From: Felis catus
Taxonomy: Eukaryota
Length of the DNA: 64,000 bases
Direction: 5' to 3'
Assembly: GCF_018350175.1 (NCBI RefSeq)
Contig: NC_058368.1
Coordinates: 37,388,001 to 37,452,000, forward strand
Shown: piece after piece, positions 1-12,711 of the stretch
Numbering within the stretch: position 1 is the stretch's first letter
Layout: every line of letters begins with the position of its first letter
Notes under the pieces: model-generated
Told to the model about the DNA's origin: nothing
The model's input: only the letters and a program-made list of their open reading frames with translations
Database searches by the model: none
Position numbers and translations under genes: made by a program

Positions 1-1240
1 CTAGTTAACGTATTCATCACCTTACATTATTATTTTGTGTATGTGTGGTGAAAACACTTAAGATTTATTCTCTTAGCAAATTTCAAATATATAATACATT
101 TTTATTAACTCTAGCCACCACCTCTGCATTAGGTCTCCAGAACTTATTCTTTTTAAAACCTAAAAGTTTGTAACTTTTGGCCAACATCTCCCTTCCCCAC
201 CGCCCCTGCCCCTGTCCCCCATTGCCACTGTTTGACATTCTGTTTCTCTGAATTCAACTTTTTTTTTAAAAAAACTAGATTTCCCATATAAGTGATACTA
301 TACAGTATTTGCCTTTCACTGTCTGGTTTATTTCACTTGGCCTAATGCCCTCCAGATTAATCCCTGTTGTTGCATATGTCAAGATTTCCTTCTTTTTATT
401 GGCTGGATAATGTTTACTTACCCACTGATCAACATTTAGGTTGTTTCCCATGTCTTGGTTGTGGTAAATAATGCTGCAGTGAATATAGAGGTGCAGTTAT
501 TTTTTTCAATATAGTGACTTCATTTCCTTTAAAAAAATGTCTAGCAGTGGAATTTCAGATCATGTGGTGATCAATTTTTAATTGGTAGTTAGTTGTTTTT
601 TTTTTTTTTTTGAGAAATCTCTATATTGTTTTCCATAGTGGATGTACCAATTTACATTCTTGTTCCCACCAACAGTACACAAGAGTTCCCTTTTCTCTAC
701 ATCTTCACTGACATTTATTACCTCTTGCCTTTCAGATAATAGCCATTCTAACAGGTGTGACTTGCCTTTCCCCATGATCAGTGATGTTGACATCATTTCA
801 TATACCTATTAGCCATTTGCAAGCCTTCTTTGGAAAATCATCTACTCAGGTCCTTTGCTCATTTTTAAAATAAATTTTATTTATTCATTTATTTATTTTG
901 AGAGAGAGGGTATGTGTGAGCAGGGAAGAGGGGCAGAGGGAGAGAGAGAGAATCTTAAGCAGGCTCCACGCACTGTGCAGAGCCCAAATGACCATGAGAT
1001 CATGACCCAAGTAGAAATCAAGAGTCGGCCACTTAACTGACTGAGCCAACCAGGTGTCTGACTTTGCTCATTTTTTAATTGAGGTATTTAGGGTGGGTTT
1101 TTTTTGCCATTGAGTTGTAATAGTTTCTTATATATTTTAGATATTAACTCCTTATGAGAGATATGGTTTACAAATATTTTTCCCATTCTATAGGCTGTGT
1201 TTTCATTTTGTTGATGGTTTGCATAGCTGTGCAGGAGATT
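1..1240 (-). mobile_element. Old LINE-1 3' region (L1MA/L1MB-like), interrupted by a SINE
   Basis: Antisense L1 3'UTR/ORF2-end motifs; the minus ORF 578-796 gives decayed ORF2-terminal residues (EDVEKRELLCTVGGN). Confidence 0.85.
867..1061 (-). mobile_element. CAN-SINE
   Basis: tRNA-derived head, CT tract, A tail on minus; TSD ctttgctcattttt (853-866 / 1062-1075). Confidence 0.93.
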
Positions 1241-1622
1241 TTTTTAATTTTATTTTTTATTTTTAAAATTTACATCCAAATTAGTTAGAATATAGTGAAA
1301 CAATGATTTCAGGAGTAGATTCCTTAATGCCCCTTACCCATTTAACCTATCCCCCCTCCTACAACCCCTCCAGCAATCCTCAGTTTGTTCTCCATATTTA
1401 TGAGTGTCTTCTGTTTTGTCCCCCTCGCTGTTTTTATATTATTTTTGTTTCCCTTCCCTTATGTTCATCTGTTTTGACTCTTAAAGTCCTCATATGAGTG
1501 AAGTCATATGATTTTTGTCTTTCTCTGACTGACTAATTTCACTTAGCATAATAGCCTCTATTTCCATCCACATAGTTGCAAATGGCAAGATTTCATTCTT
1601 TTTGATTGCCAAGTAATACCCC

Positions 1623-1674
<52 letters not shown>

Positions 1675-2240
1675 CACCACTTCTTCTTTATCCATTCATC
1701 CATTAATGGACATTTGGGTTCTTTCCATGCTTTGGCTATTGTTGATAGTGTTGCTATAAACATGGGGGTGCATGTGTCCCTTCGAAACAGCACACCTGTA
1801 TCCTGTGGATAAATGCCTAGTAGTGCAATTGCTGGGTCGTAGGGTAGTTCTATTTTTAGTTTTTTGAGGACCCTCCATACTGTTTTCCAGAGTGGCTACA
1901 CCAGCTTGCATTGCCACCACAGTGCAAAAGAGATCCTCTTTCTCCACATCCTCACTAACATCTGTTGTTGCCCGAGTTGTTAATGTTAGCCATTCTGACA
2001 GGTGTAAGGTCATATCTCATTGTGGTTTTGATTTGCATTTCCCTGATGATGACTGATGTTGAGCATTTTTTCATGTGTCAGTTGGCCATCTGGATGTTTT
2101 CTTTGGAGAAGTGTCTATTCATGTCTTTTGCCCATTTCTTCACTGGATTATTTGTTTTTTGAGTGTTAAATTTGATAAGTTCTTTATAGATTTTGGATAC
2201 TAACCCTTTATCTGATATGTCATTTGCATCTTCTCCCATT
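1241..2240 (-). mobile_element. Felid-type LINE-1, 5'-truncated 3' end
   Basis: ORF2 C-terminal peptide RDTCTPMFIATLSTIAKAWKEPKCP (1593-1793), 3'UTR, T-rich tail at 1241-1265; homologous to the L1 at 49061-50935. Confidence 0.95.
1626..1670. repeat. (TG)n microsatellite inside L1
   Basis: Pure TG run seen directly. Confidence 0.98.
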
Positions 2241-2259
2241 TGTATGTAAAGTCTTTAAG

Positions 2260-2570
2260 GATTAGGTTGGCTTGTCCTCTCTCCTATGGTGGTTTATCTG
2301 GGCTTCTTTACAGAATGTTGTCTCATGGTTCTCAAAGAGCAGAAGCAGAAACTCCAGTGAGGAGTGAGACCTAATCTAGGAAGTAGAGCAATTTCATTTC
2401 ATCCTCATTTCATTGGTTAAGACAAGTCAAATTCCAGCCCAGGTTCAAGAGGAAGGGAAACAGACTGTTTTTTAATGGGTTGAATAATGATAGCAGTTAC
2501 ATTGCTAAGGGCATGGACAAAGAGAGGCATGTTTCATTGGGACTCTCAAGTGTAACTGTCAGCCATATAA
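2260..2570 (-). mobile_element. MaLR LTR fragment (MLT1-like)
   Basis: Resembles antisense MLT1 (cattggttaagacaagtca...cccaggttcaagaggaagggaaacagact). Confidence 0.6.
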
Positions 2571-4464
2571 GTAAAAGAAGAAGAAGGAAAAATAAGAAAA
2601 TGTAAAAAAAAAAAAAAACAAAAGAATAATCAGACCACTACTTGGCTCTGAATAATATTTGTACAATCATTATAATAATGTAAATATTATTTGTCAATTT
2701 GAATACAGAGTGATCATTTTGGGAAGGTGAAATGGTCATCCAGTGTCACAAAATATCAACACTTAATTTATAAAATGAATAAATTAAGGGAAAGTAGCAT
2801 AGTATCACATTGTTAAAATTTGGAGTAAATACTTGAACAAATAACTTGAAGAATTGAAAGAGAGGTTTGGGAGTGGTTTGTAGACTGGCAAACCCAGGAA
2901 TTCCTGCTTTACCTAGGGGCCTTTTGTCAATGTTGTAATATGCATAGAAGGATTATGATTATTAAACTTTTAAGGAAAATCAAAAGCAAATGAAACCCAA
3001 ATACATACAGAAATAAAAATAATTAAGCTGATGTTTTTTTCCTAAAAAGCTTGATTATCCTGCCTAGAACAAATTCTTCCAATAATTAACTAGCATTATC
3101 TAAGATACTGAATAAGGCAAAATCTCTCTACACACTGTAAACTAGGATCTGAAATGAGCCTGTTTACTTACATTGACAGACTCCAGAAGGAAGTTTTTCT
3201 AATTGCAAGTCTGAAGAGAATGCCCTTTTAAAAAGGCATAGACTGTGCTTAATCACCCAAATAAGTCTTCAGAAATTTGAGTGGACTCAGAAATTCAACC
3301 TGAAAGCTGGGCAAATGTACCTTTGGGGGCAAATGTGCCATACCAGAACAGCCAGAAGAAGAATCTTTGGACTAACAAGGCCTGAATCCATTCCTGGATT
3401 GCACCAACAAACCTTTGGCAGGAAATCTTTGTGGTTGTTGGTGAAGCGTGGGCTGCAGGAAGTGAGGACCATCAGTGGTGCATTACATTTTGCAAAAGAG
3501 TCCCAACAATCAGAGCCAGGAAAGAAGCCCTTGTAAGCATCCAAAGGGTTTTGCATTTTTTATATTATGCTTTGCATTTAGTTTGCATACAATTCCATAT
3601 TACAGTTTTTTTTTTATGAGCCCCTTCTCTTTTAAGAACCTAGCATACAGGAAAAGAATATCCTATTTCAATTCAGGAAAACAGCAGTAAAAGAAAGCCT
3701 GTTTGATATGAGGATTTGAAATGGGAGCTATGCATATGAACATACTTGCAAGCTGGGAAATGAAGGTGTAATTTGAGTAGAAACTATTTTTGCATACTAT
3801 TTTTATTGCATTTATGGAAAATACCCATGGCAAAATGAATGTAAAAATATGCTGTGTCATGTTTAGGATGACTGTATCTAGGCTGTAGGATTCTGGATTT
3901 CTTTTTTAACCTCAAACGGTTGTATTTTCTGTAGTAACTATAAACTACTTTTATGATAGGAAATAGCTATATTAATTTTTAAAAAGACTTAATAGGACAG
4001 TGACTTTTATATTGGAAAAATAGGAAAAGAAGCACCAGAACAAATTCTGGACGTGATCAACTTAGCAGGATGATTGTATTTGGTAGCAAAAATAACAAAA
4101 GAAAAGTCAGTTCTTGCACAGAGTGGGCAACTGTCGACTGGTCCTTTTGGTAGCTCCCTCCTCTGTTAATGCTCTTGGCATTCTTGACCACCAGGGTTAT
4201 AACTCCATCCACACTTTTTCTTGATCCTAATTGGGTCTCTCCTTCTAAGATGGTTAGTAAGTTCATAATATTCTTATATGCCCTTTACTTCCTGATAGCA
4301 CTCTGGCAATGTAAACAACATTGTGAAGGTGTATGAGTTGACCTCATTAGATGGTATGAAACTATTTATTTAAAAGAACTTAAACCTTATACCTCAATGA
4401 GGTACACGTGGATACCTCAATATAGTATAATTTGTAGTAAAAATTAATACGTAAATGCAAAATC

Positions 4465-6132
4465 ATCTATTGGCTACTCTTGTACACCTTCCCTCCCATT
4501 AAGGGTACAGCCTATTTCCCTGCTTGTTGACTTTGGGCTTGGCCACTTGATTTATTCTGACCAAGGAAGTATTAGCAGATATAAAGAAAACAGAAGCTTG
4601 AACTGTGCTTGTGTGGTCGTCTCAGCCATTGCCATAAAAGGAATTTAGCAAGATTATCTCACCGGTCCAAAGAAGATAAGAGACATGTGGAACTGAGCTG
4701 CTCCCAGATGAGCCCTGCTCCAGTCAACCACCCAGGCATGTGAGCAATAATAAATTATTGCTATTTTGAGCCACTAAGTTTAGAGATGCATTGTTTTTTT
4801 GTTGTTATTGTTGTTTTATTTTGAAAGAGAGAAAGAAAGAGTGGGAGAGAGGCAAAAAGAGAGGAAGAGAGAAAATCCCAAGCAGGCTCCACGTTGTCTG
4901 CATGGAACCCAATGAGGGACTCAATCCCACAAACTGTGAGACCTTAATCTGTGCTGAAATCAAGAATCATTCTCTTAACTGACTGACCCACCCAGGTGCT
5001 CCTAAAGATGCATTGTTATGCTGATATAGAAATTGTTACTGGTAAGTGGGATGCTGTAGTTATATATGTATATATTTAGAATTGGGAAGTGGTAGGTTCA
5101 GAAACCTGTTAAAAGATATGAGAGCATTGTTACAGGATGCTTTAAAATTTGCAAGCTGTGCTATGTGTTACATGATAGTACAGTGACTAACTGTCACAGT
5201 TTGTCTGGAACTGAGAGGTTTCTTGGAATGTGGGACATTTAGTGCTAAAACTGGGAAGGGTCGTGGGCAAATCAGGATGAATTGATGACCATGTGAAATG
5301 TTGAAACATTTGGTAGGGTTGTCTGGAGTAAAATGTAATGTGGTAAATGGACCTTAAAACCTTGTCCACTTGAGTAAGACGATAGCGAGGTAGATATCAA
5401 AATCATGAGAGGTGCATGTAATACTATTCTGCAACTCGTAGGATCAGGGAAGAATTGTCCACTTTGCAAGCAGAATTGCTGGCTTGGAAGCTAGGACTTT
5501 TTCTCATTTCTAGACTCTTCTGCCAGCACAATTTCAAAACAAAGGTGCAGACCGTGAGATATATGCCCAGAGTAAAAACCAAGTCAAGGATATGACCCCA
5601 ATACCCTTCTGTTAAATTCTCTACAAGTGATAAGGTGGTTTCCAGTGGACACTTTCACAGGCAGTAGGTCTCCTAGAAAACATATGGGCCAATATGCCCA
5701 AAAAACCATAAAAATTAAGTCTGGAGAGAAAGACATTTACCTCCAAGAATTGTGGAATCAGATACATAGAATGCCCACAAGGTATTTGAAAGACGTATCT
5801 TACAAAAGTGCCATAAATCTGAACTGAAAGGTACTAATGCTGTTTTAAATCATAAAAAAAAAAAAATGTTTCTGGGCTCCCAACTTGCTGCACAAAGAAA
5901 CAGTCTGAGAAAGGGAAAGATGTTTCATTGCCAAAAAAAATTCATTTTACGATGCTGTCTTCAAATATGATGAAAGAGGATGAAAAACACGTGAAGCAGC
6001 TCTGAACACACTGAGCTCAGGCCAGGAACAGACCTCCCCTTGGCCTATTCACAGACGGTGAGAATAAATGATTGTTCTAAGCCACTTAATATTGGGATGG
6101 TTTGTTACAGTCAGCAACAGCTGGCTGACACA
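4465..6132 (+). mobile_element. MaLR (MLT1) element: 5' LTR, internal region, partial 3' LTR
   Basis: Two LTR 3'-end signatures (aataaa...gccactaagtt near 4750-4790; aataaatgattgttctaagccact...ctgacaca at 6063-6132); internal start gaaattgttactggtaagtgggatgctg at about 5029. Confidence 0.75.
4796..5003 (-). mobile_element. CAN-SINE inserted in the MLT1 LTR
   Basis: TSD agatgcattgtt (4784-4795 / 5006-5017). Confidence 0.93.
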
Positions 6133-6181
6133 AAGCCCTTTGTATATGCTCACAAATCAATGTGAGACTCCATCCCTACTT

Positions 6182-6413
6182 AATTTTTTAATTTTTTATT
6201 ATTTTTTTTAATGTTTATTTATTTTTGAGAGAGAGACAGAGAGACAGAGAGTGAGCGGGGAAGGGGCAGAGGGAGGGAGACATAGAATCCGAAATGGGCT
6301 CCAGGCTCTGAGCTGTCAGCATGGACCCCGATGCAGGGCTGAAACTCCGGAACCGTAAGGTCATGACCTGAGCCAAAGTCGGCCGCTTAACCAGCTGAGC
6401 CACCCAGGCACCC
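6182..6413 (-). mobile_element. CAN-SINE (felid type)
   Basis: Full length; TSD ctccatccctactt (6168-6181 / 6414-6427). Confidence 0.96.
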
Positions 6414-7949
6414 CTCCATCCCTACTTTAAAGGAAATTTAAAGGTGGTAAAAATAACAGACGCCTCCAAGAACAGCATATCTCCTTGTTCTAATTGCAAG
6501 ATGAATATTTAATACATATTCATTGACTTGGTCTATAGCTTAAGGTTGCTAAGCTATATTTTGGAATATGGGACAGATATGCTCCGTATCTTAATATTAT
6601 TGTAATATCTGGGGAATGTGGCCCATTCCTTGTATGATTGATGCTAAAAAGTAAGGTGGAAATCAGAAGTAGTAAAGCATATGTGATATAAATCAAAATA
6701 TTCTGCTGTAGTCAATCACATGGCAAATAGCTTATAATCTTGATATGATATTTGGTTATGTTTTCACATTAGAAAGAATGCCTCAATAAGGTTTAGAGCT
6801 CCAAATATTATGAAAATGTCAAGGTTACAAATAGACTCAAAGTAATTATAAATTATAGAATTTTAGTATATAAAGTGAAAAGCAAAATAAACACATAATT
6901 AGATGATTGAGCAAAATGCTTTTGCTATGTTTTAGAAAATAGGTTTTACATGTGAGTAATGAAAACTAATAAAAACTACTAATTATTATTTTATTATTTT
7001 AATTAATGTTTATGGTTTAATTTATTTCAACTACTTTAAAATAATGCTTTCCGTTTTATATTTGCAGAAATTGCATCTCTATAGTTTTCAAAGCAGAACT
7101 ATTTCATAGCAGCATTAAAGACAAAAAAGTTGACATGCAAAAAAACAAATGAATGAAGTTAATTTTTCACTTATCAAAAAAGAATTTTCCACTATTCCAG
7201 TTATAATACACATTGAGTAATCAGTCAAAGCCATTTTTTGAGTGCTTACTTGGGGCAAAGCACAGGGGGATTATATAAATGTTTCCTTATCCTTTTAAAT
7301 GTCATTTAAATAAAAGAAGCAGAGAGAAAAAGAAGCGAAAAGTTGAAATCCCAAATATTAGAAATGTATTGTATAAATATAAATTTCATTTGTAAAAACT
7401 CGCTAAAACATCTGAAGAATAATTGGAGTGAATAGAATTCAAGGAAACTTCCTGAGGTTCTCAGAAAATAACTCTGGTTTATAAAAGTAAATGCATCGCT
7501 GATTAATGCCATTCACTCTTCTTAAATACGTAACATACAATCACCTCCATTTCCAGAAAGTACATTTTAACTTCAGTCTCTAACAACAGAACTCAGTGAC
7601 TGTATAATTATGTGATTCAATCAGGGAATAACCTTCTTACCAACTTTCTTATTAATTCACTTCTGCTTCACAATCGGAGAAGCCATCAACCTTCCTATGA
7701 GAGCGGCTCTGTCTCAGAATAGTGAGAACTTTACCCTGAGAATTGACACCTAGGCTACACTGGTCTAGAGTTATTGTCTGGAGACACTTGCATCATTACC
7801 ACTCATGTATCTGTTCATTGCATAAACCTTCACTTTGGCAATGAGGAGGCTAAAAATAGCCAAACATCCACAAAAATGTTGTTCCGACTTCATACTCCAC
7901 TAGTCATCAAGTAAAACGATCTTGTCATCACTCTGTTGAAAATAAAAAG

Positions 7950-8930
7950 GGAAACACTATTTAGATTTAACATGCCCAAGCTCCACTTTGCCTCCTCTGC
8001 TCTCACCTCCCACCTACTCTTCCTCTGATTTTTTTTTTTTTCTCTCGGTAAATGTCATCACGATCTACCGCACTGCTTAAGCTGAGCACATCACAGTCAT
8101 CTTTGCTTTTCTGTCATATATCTGGGTTCAGATAACTTACAAATTATCTTTCTCTGTATTTTTAACTTTCATTTCCACTGTGCCTGGCCCATCATATGAA
8201 TTCAATAAATGATAACTGTTACTGTACACTCCTCAGCAAGGCCCTTTGCTGCAGTCTACTTTCCTAATCTCATCTTTAGCTGTATCTTCTCATGCTCACT
8301 GGACTGTACAGTGTTTCCTAAACATGCACTTTCAGACAGTGATTTTGCACAGGCTAGGAGCTCTGTTTGGGCTGTCTTCACCCAGTTTTTCTACCAGGTG
8401 AACTGCTACTCAATATCAAATTCTCAGCCTACATGAGAATTAATGACATTTAATTAATGACATTCCCTGACATTTAATGAACTCCCTGATTATGTTCCTA
8501 TCAAGTTTTCTATCCACTTTTTTTTATTTATTTATTGATTTATTTATTCAATTTTAGAGAAAGAGAGAGAGAGAGAGAGAGGGAGGGAGGGAGAGAGAGA
8601 GGTAGCATGTGAATTGGGAAAGGGGCAGAGGAAGAGAGAGAGAGAATCTTAAGCAAGATCCATGCCGGGCATAGAGCCTGACATGGGGCTCTAACTCACA
8701 ACCGTGAGATTATGACCTGAGCCAAAATCAAGAGTTGGACACTAACCGACGGAACATCCCCAAGTTTTCTGTCCATTTTTACTATGTCACTTGTCACTAT
8801 GCATTTTAAATGTTTACTCTTGTTTCCTATGATTGCATCCTGAGAGTAGGAGTCGCGTCTGATTTATTTTTGAATTTCCAGAGAATACCAGAGTGCTTCA
8901 AATAGTAAAGGTGCTCAATAAGCTGTTGAT
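7950..8930. mobile_element. L2 remnant interrupted by a SINE
   Basis: Pyrimidine-rich decayed L2-like sequence ending in gagtgcttcaaatagtaaaggtgctcaataagctgttga. Confidence 0.55.
8521..8760 (-). mobile_element. CAN-SINE
   Basis: TSD caagttttctatccacttt / caagttttctgtccatttt. Confidence 0.93.
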
Positions 8931-9091
8931 AGTTTTCTGTCCTCTATGCAAACATTAAAGATCTCATGATTTATAAAAGACTTGAATGTAATAACGGTGT
9001 CTGTGCCATGCCAGGTGAAGAAGTAATCGTCATTTGGAACCACAGATGATAGAAATTTTCATTAGGCCACTTAAAGTGCTATAGATGCAGA

Positions 9092-9281
9092 TAAGTCTGC
9101 CAAATTTATCATATAAAAATACAGCACCTGCAGTTAAATTTGAGATCAGAGAGACAATAAGTAATTTTTAGTATAAGTGGGTCTCAAATATTGCATGGGA
9201 CATACTTACACTAAAAATTTGTTTAGTCTCTGTCTGACCTTCAAATTCACCTGGGCATCCTGTTTTTATCAGGCAATCTTA
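9092..9281. mobile_element. MER53 palindromic hAT MITE
   Basis: Near-palindrome of about 190 bp with core tttttagtataagtgggtctcaaatattgcatgggacatacttacactaaaaa, matching MER53 as recalled. Confidence 0.85.
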
Positions 9282-9329
9282 CAGGTCAAAGGGAAGTAGA
9301 AAGTGTACAATGGACGATAAGCAGTAATT

Positions 9330-9468
9330 ACGGTAACTATAAACCCTGGTTTGCCCTCAGGAGGACTGGTTTACATTTACTGTCTTCATTAACTTTCTCA
9401 CTTCATGATCATTCCCACTTAGACCCTCAAATATGACTACATTTGGATGTGGATTATATGATCACAGC
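9330..9468. mobile_element. MER94-like hAT (Blackjack) MITE
   Basis: ggtaactataaaccctggtttgccc...tttggatgtggattatatgatcac resembles MER94 ends and length. Confidence 0.6.
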
Positions 9469-10043
9469 ATGTGTCAGTAGTGGCTCAAATCATTATTTAG
9501 AAGATATGACAAGTATAATATTGTGATTAGTTCTAGCAATACACTGTTAAAATTATTACAAACCCAAACGTTCAACTTTGACAGCAGAGGAATGCAGTTG
9601 GAAGAGTGACATTTCTGGACAGGGTAAAAAATGGTGGATGGAATTGGAGACGCTCATTCAGCTGATGTGGGAAACAGAGGGTAAGTACTGTCGTGTATAT
9701 TACAATGTTGAACAGGGTGTAAATAAATGTATTGGATGTCACTTTAGCGAGGGTGGGAATAGTAGCAAATTTAGAAGGCAGGACCGTTAGGACCCTAACT
9801 ACCTGACCTTTTCAACCTTTCTAGTTTCCCCTTGCAGCATTTTCCCTCTTGTGCAATCTGGTTCACTTACTTTGTCCCTCTTTTGGTTTGCTGAATGCAA
9901 CTGTCTGCCTCCCTCTTCAGAACCTGCACATGTGGTGTTTGGTGTTCCTTACTCTGACCAGTCTTTCCTCCCCTCCTTTCCTCTGGGCACCCTCCATTAC
10001 TGTCCCCCCCCCTTCCATTTAATTCCCCTTTCATGCTATAGTA

Positions 10044-10249
10044 TTTTTTTAAAAATTTATTTGTTTTGAGAGAGAGAGAGAGAGAAAGAGAGGGAGGGAC
10101 AGTGAGAGAGGGAGAGAAAGAACCCCAAGGAGGCTCCGTGCTGTCAGCACAGAGCCTGACTTGGGGCTTGATCCCACAAACCGTGAGATCATGACCTGAG
10201 CTGAAATCAAGAGTCAGATGCTTAACCAACTGAGCCACCCATGCACCCC
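10044..10249 (-). mobile_element. CAN-SINE (no clear TSD)
   Basis: Full head, CT tract and tail; source of the 147-aa minus ORF 9867-10310. Confidence 0.94.
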
Positions 10250-11074
10250 ACATGGGTGTCTGCGTGTGTTTGCGTGTGGGTGAGCCCCTGGAGGATATCA
10301 GGTTTCCCAACTAAACATTAACTTTATTTCCCTTCTCTAACATTTATCTCCATTTATAATAATGTATTTGTGCTGTTATTTGGTTATTCTATGTCTTGTC
10401 TATTGCACTTTCTATGATTTCAATGTATTCAACACATCTAGCATTAAATAAATACTCGTAGCAAGTATGTGTGACTATAGGGAAAGAGTTTAATAGAAGT
10501 AAAATTTAATAAAGACTCCAGCTGTCCAGATGCAGAATGGGCTGCCTTTAAATTACTGAGCTTGTGATCACTTGACATTTTTAACCAAAGGATGAATGAC
10601 CATCTGTCAGTGACAAGGATGTTCCAGAAGGTTTATACAAAAAATGGAGTGGGAAGTTGATGGCCCCTAAAGTCTTTTCTGACCTTTATATTCTGTGACT
10701 TACAAATGAACTTTACAATACAACTTGCTTATAATATAGAACTGCCAGCATTTTTCAATCTTAATTATCCTGAAATACGAATAGAATGAGACCCACTGAT
10801 TATTGAACATTGAATTTCTGATAAATATTGATTAAGTCAGTGAGATTGAGAGATGGTTTTCTTTATTTTTTTTTTCTTTTTCAGGGAAGAATTTGAAGGC
10901 ACACTTTAATTCATGGAGGTGCCAAGTGGAAGTTTGCGGTAGATTGAGATTTAGAACTCAAGATTCAAGAACTCTCCTTTGCACATCGGATAGTGAGTTT
11001 CTGAATTCTTTAATCTTTTAAAGCCTAAGGAAAAGAAGCCTAAGGAAAATAATGTGAAAGCATTCTCAATTTCC

Positions 11075-11175
11075 TAAGGTAAATTAACCTCTACATCCTG
11101 CCAGGATGGGGCTTGAACTTAAAACCCCAAGCTCAAGAGTTGCATGCTCTACTGACTGAGCCAGCCAGACACCCC
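11075..11175 (-). mobile_element. Short old-type CAN-SINE (tRNA-like head, no CT tract)
   Basis: Reverse complement ggggtgtctggctggctcagtcagtagagcatgcaactcttgagcttggggttttaagttcaagcccc. Confidence 0.85.
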
Positions 11176-11249
11176 TAGCAAATGCTTTTTAAATATTAGT
11201 GCATTAAGCCCTGATAAGAAAGAACCCTCCAATAGAAATGCTTTTAAAT

Positions 11250-11380
11250 TTTAAATTTACAGAAGAGGAAACTAAGATAAATAGGTATTTCAGAGAAATA
11301 GATGTTAAGTCAGTTGACTGAGGCCATAGGTTGTAAGTAGTGAAACTAAGATTTGAACCAAGTCTGGTTGCAGATTGATA
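11250..11380. mobile_element. MIR remnant
   Basis: tttacagaagaggaaact...gttaagtcagttgactgaggccatag...gtaagtagtg...gatttgaaccaagtctg, MIR core-like. Confidence 0.65.
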
Positions 11381-12530
11381 CTGTTAATCATTGTGTGATG
11401 GCAACTGCAGTTGTAACAGTACAGGAGGATAAGAGTGAAAGTATCTTGCCCCATTCCTTCCTCATGTCTTTTACCACGTCTTAGAGGCAAGCATACTTAG
11501 CCTTTGGTGTTCTAACTATGTCTGGTAGATATCACCATAACTTTAAGCACCTTTAAATGCCTTTATTTACCTTTTTTTTTTATGTGTGCATTGAACACAC
11601 TACTTGTAATTCTTTTTCAACCTCCATCCCCATATTTTTGTTACTTTGTTCTGGTTATTTTAGTTCTTGCCCTTGATCGTTTAGAAAATATACTTAAATA
11701 TCAAAATTTGATCCATCAACTTGAGATACTTTTAATCTAGACAACCCTTCTCTTTTCTCCTCCTCTTTGTGAGCCAGGACATTATATTATCAAAATTTAC
11801 ATAAATTCCATTTTTAAAAGGAAACATAGTTGCTTTAAAAGCTAAAAACCATTTAAAAATAATTGTCAAATCATGTTTATATAATCATTATTTAATTTAG
11901 AACCAAATACTGTGAAAAACCTATAATCCAATGCCATTAAAATCTGAGATCATTTTAACTTCTCTCCTTAAAATTGTTCAAAATTATGCTACATTTTTCT
12001 TTGCTTAAATGAAGACCAATGCCTTTATCATACAGCTCTAAGGATTTTCTGTATTTTATGTACTTTATTAAAGAGATATTATAATGGCCCCCTGATTCAT
12101 TGGTCATATATGTCAAATATTAGATTCAATTTTATAAGTAATCATTGCAACAGAGTTTATAACATTGTTATTTCCTACAACAATATCAGTATTTATACAC
12201 ATAAATATACATAAATGAATCACTCTTTATACTTAAAGATTTTTACAGATAAGCATAATTATATATTTGTATAATAGGAAAAATTATATAATACTATTAT
12301 ATATGTAAACATAAATTATATCAGTTTGAAATTTGTCAGTATTATATAACATGTGGTCTTAGTTCTTTAGTTAATAGGAACCATTGATATGCCTATGATA
12401 ATTCTTTAGTCCCCAAGGAATATAAAATAATTATACCAAGAACCCTATTGAAACAATTTTAACACTGAGTTACCCTTTCCTCACTAGGTCAGCTAGTCCT
12501 CTCGACAAAACCAGTAATTCTGAGACTTTT

Positions 12531-12711
12531 ATTTTTTTTAAGATTTTTTTTTTGAGAGGGGGTGGGGGCAGAGAGAGAGAGGGAGAGAGAATCTCAAAAA
12601 GGCTCCGCATTCAGTGCAGAGCCTGTAGTGGACCTCAATTCCATGACCCTGGGATCATGACCTGAGCTGAAATCAAGAGTCAGACACTCAACCAGCTGTC
12701 ACCCAGGCATG
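12531..12711 (-). mobile_element. CAN-SINE
   Basis: Perfect 20-bp TSD ccagtaattctgagactttt (12511-12530 / 12712-12731). Confidence 0.95.

Noticed and set aside
3287..3619. Overlapping ORFs on both strands with a small hairpin (caccaacaaacc/ggttgttggtg)
   Set aside because: No recognisable protein or convincing exon boundaries; the 11-bp stem is too short for a pre-miRNA.
9867..10310. 147-aa ORF and similar 'GAWVAQ.V..LT' ORFs across the window
   Set aside because: Read-through of CAN-SINE sequence.
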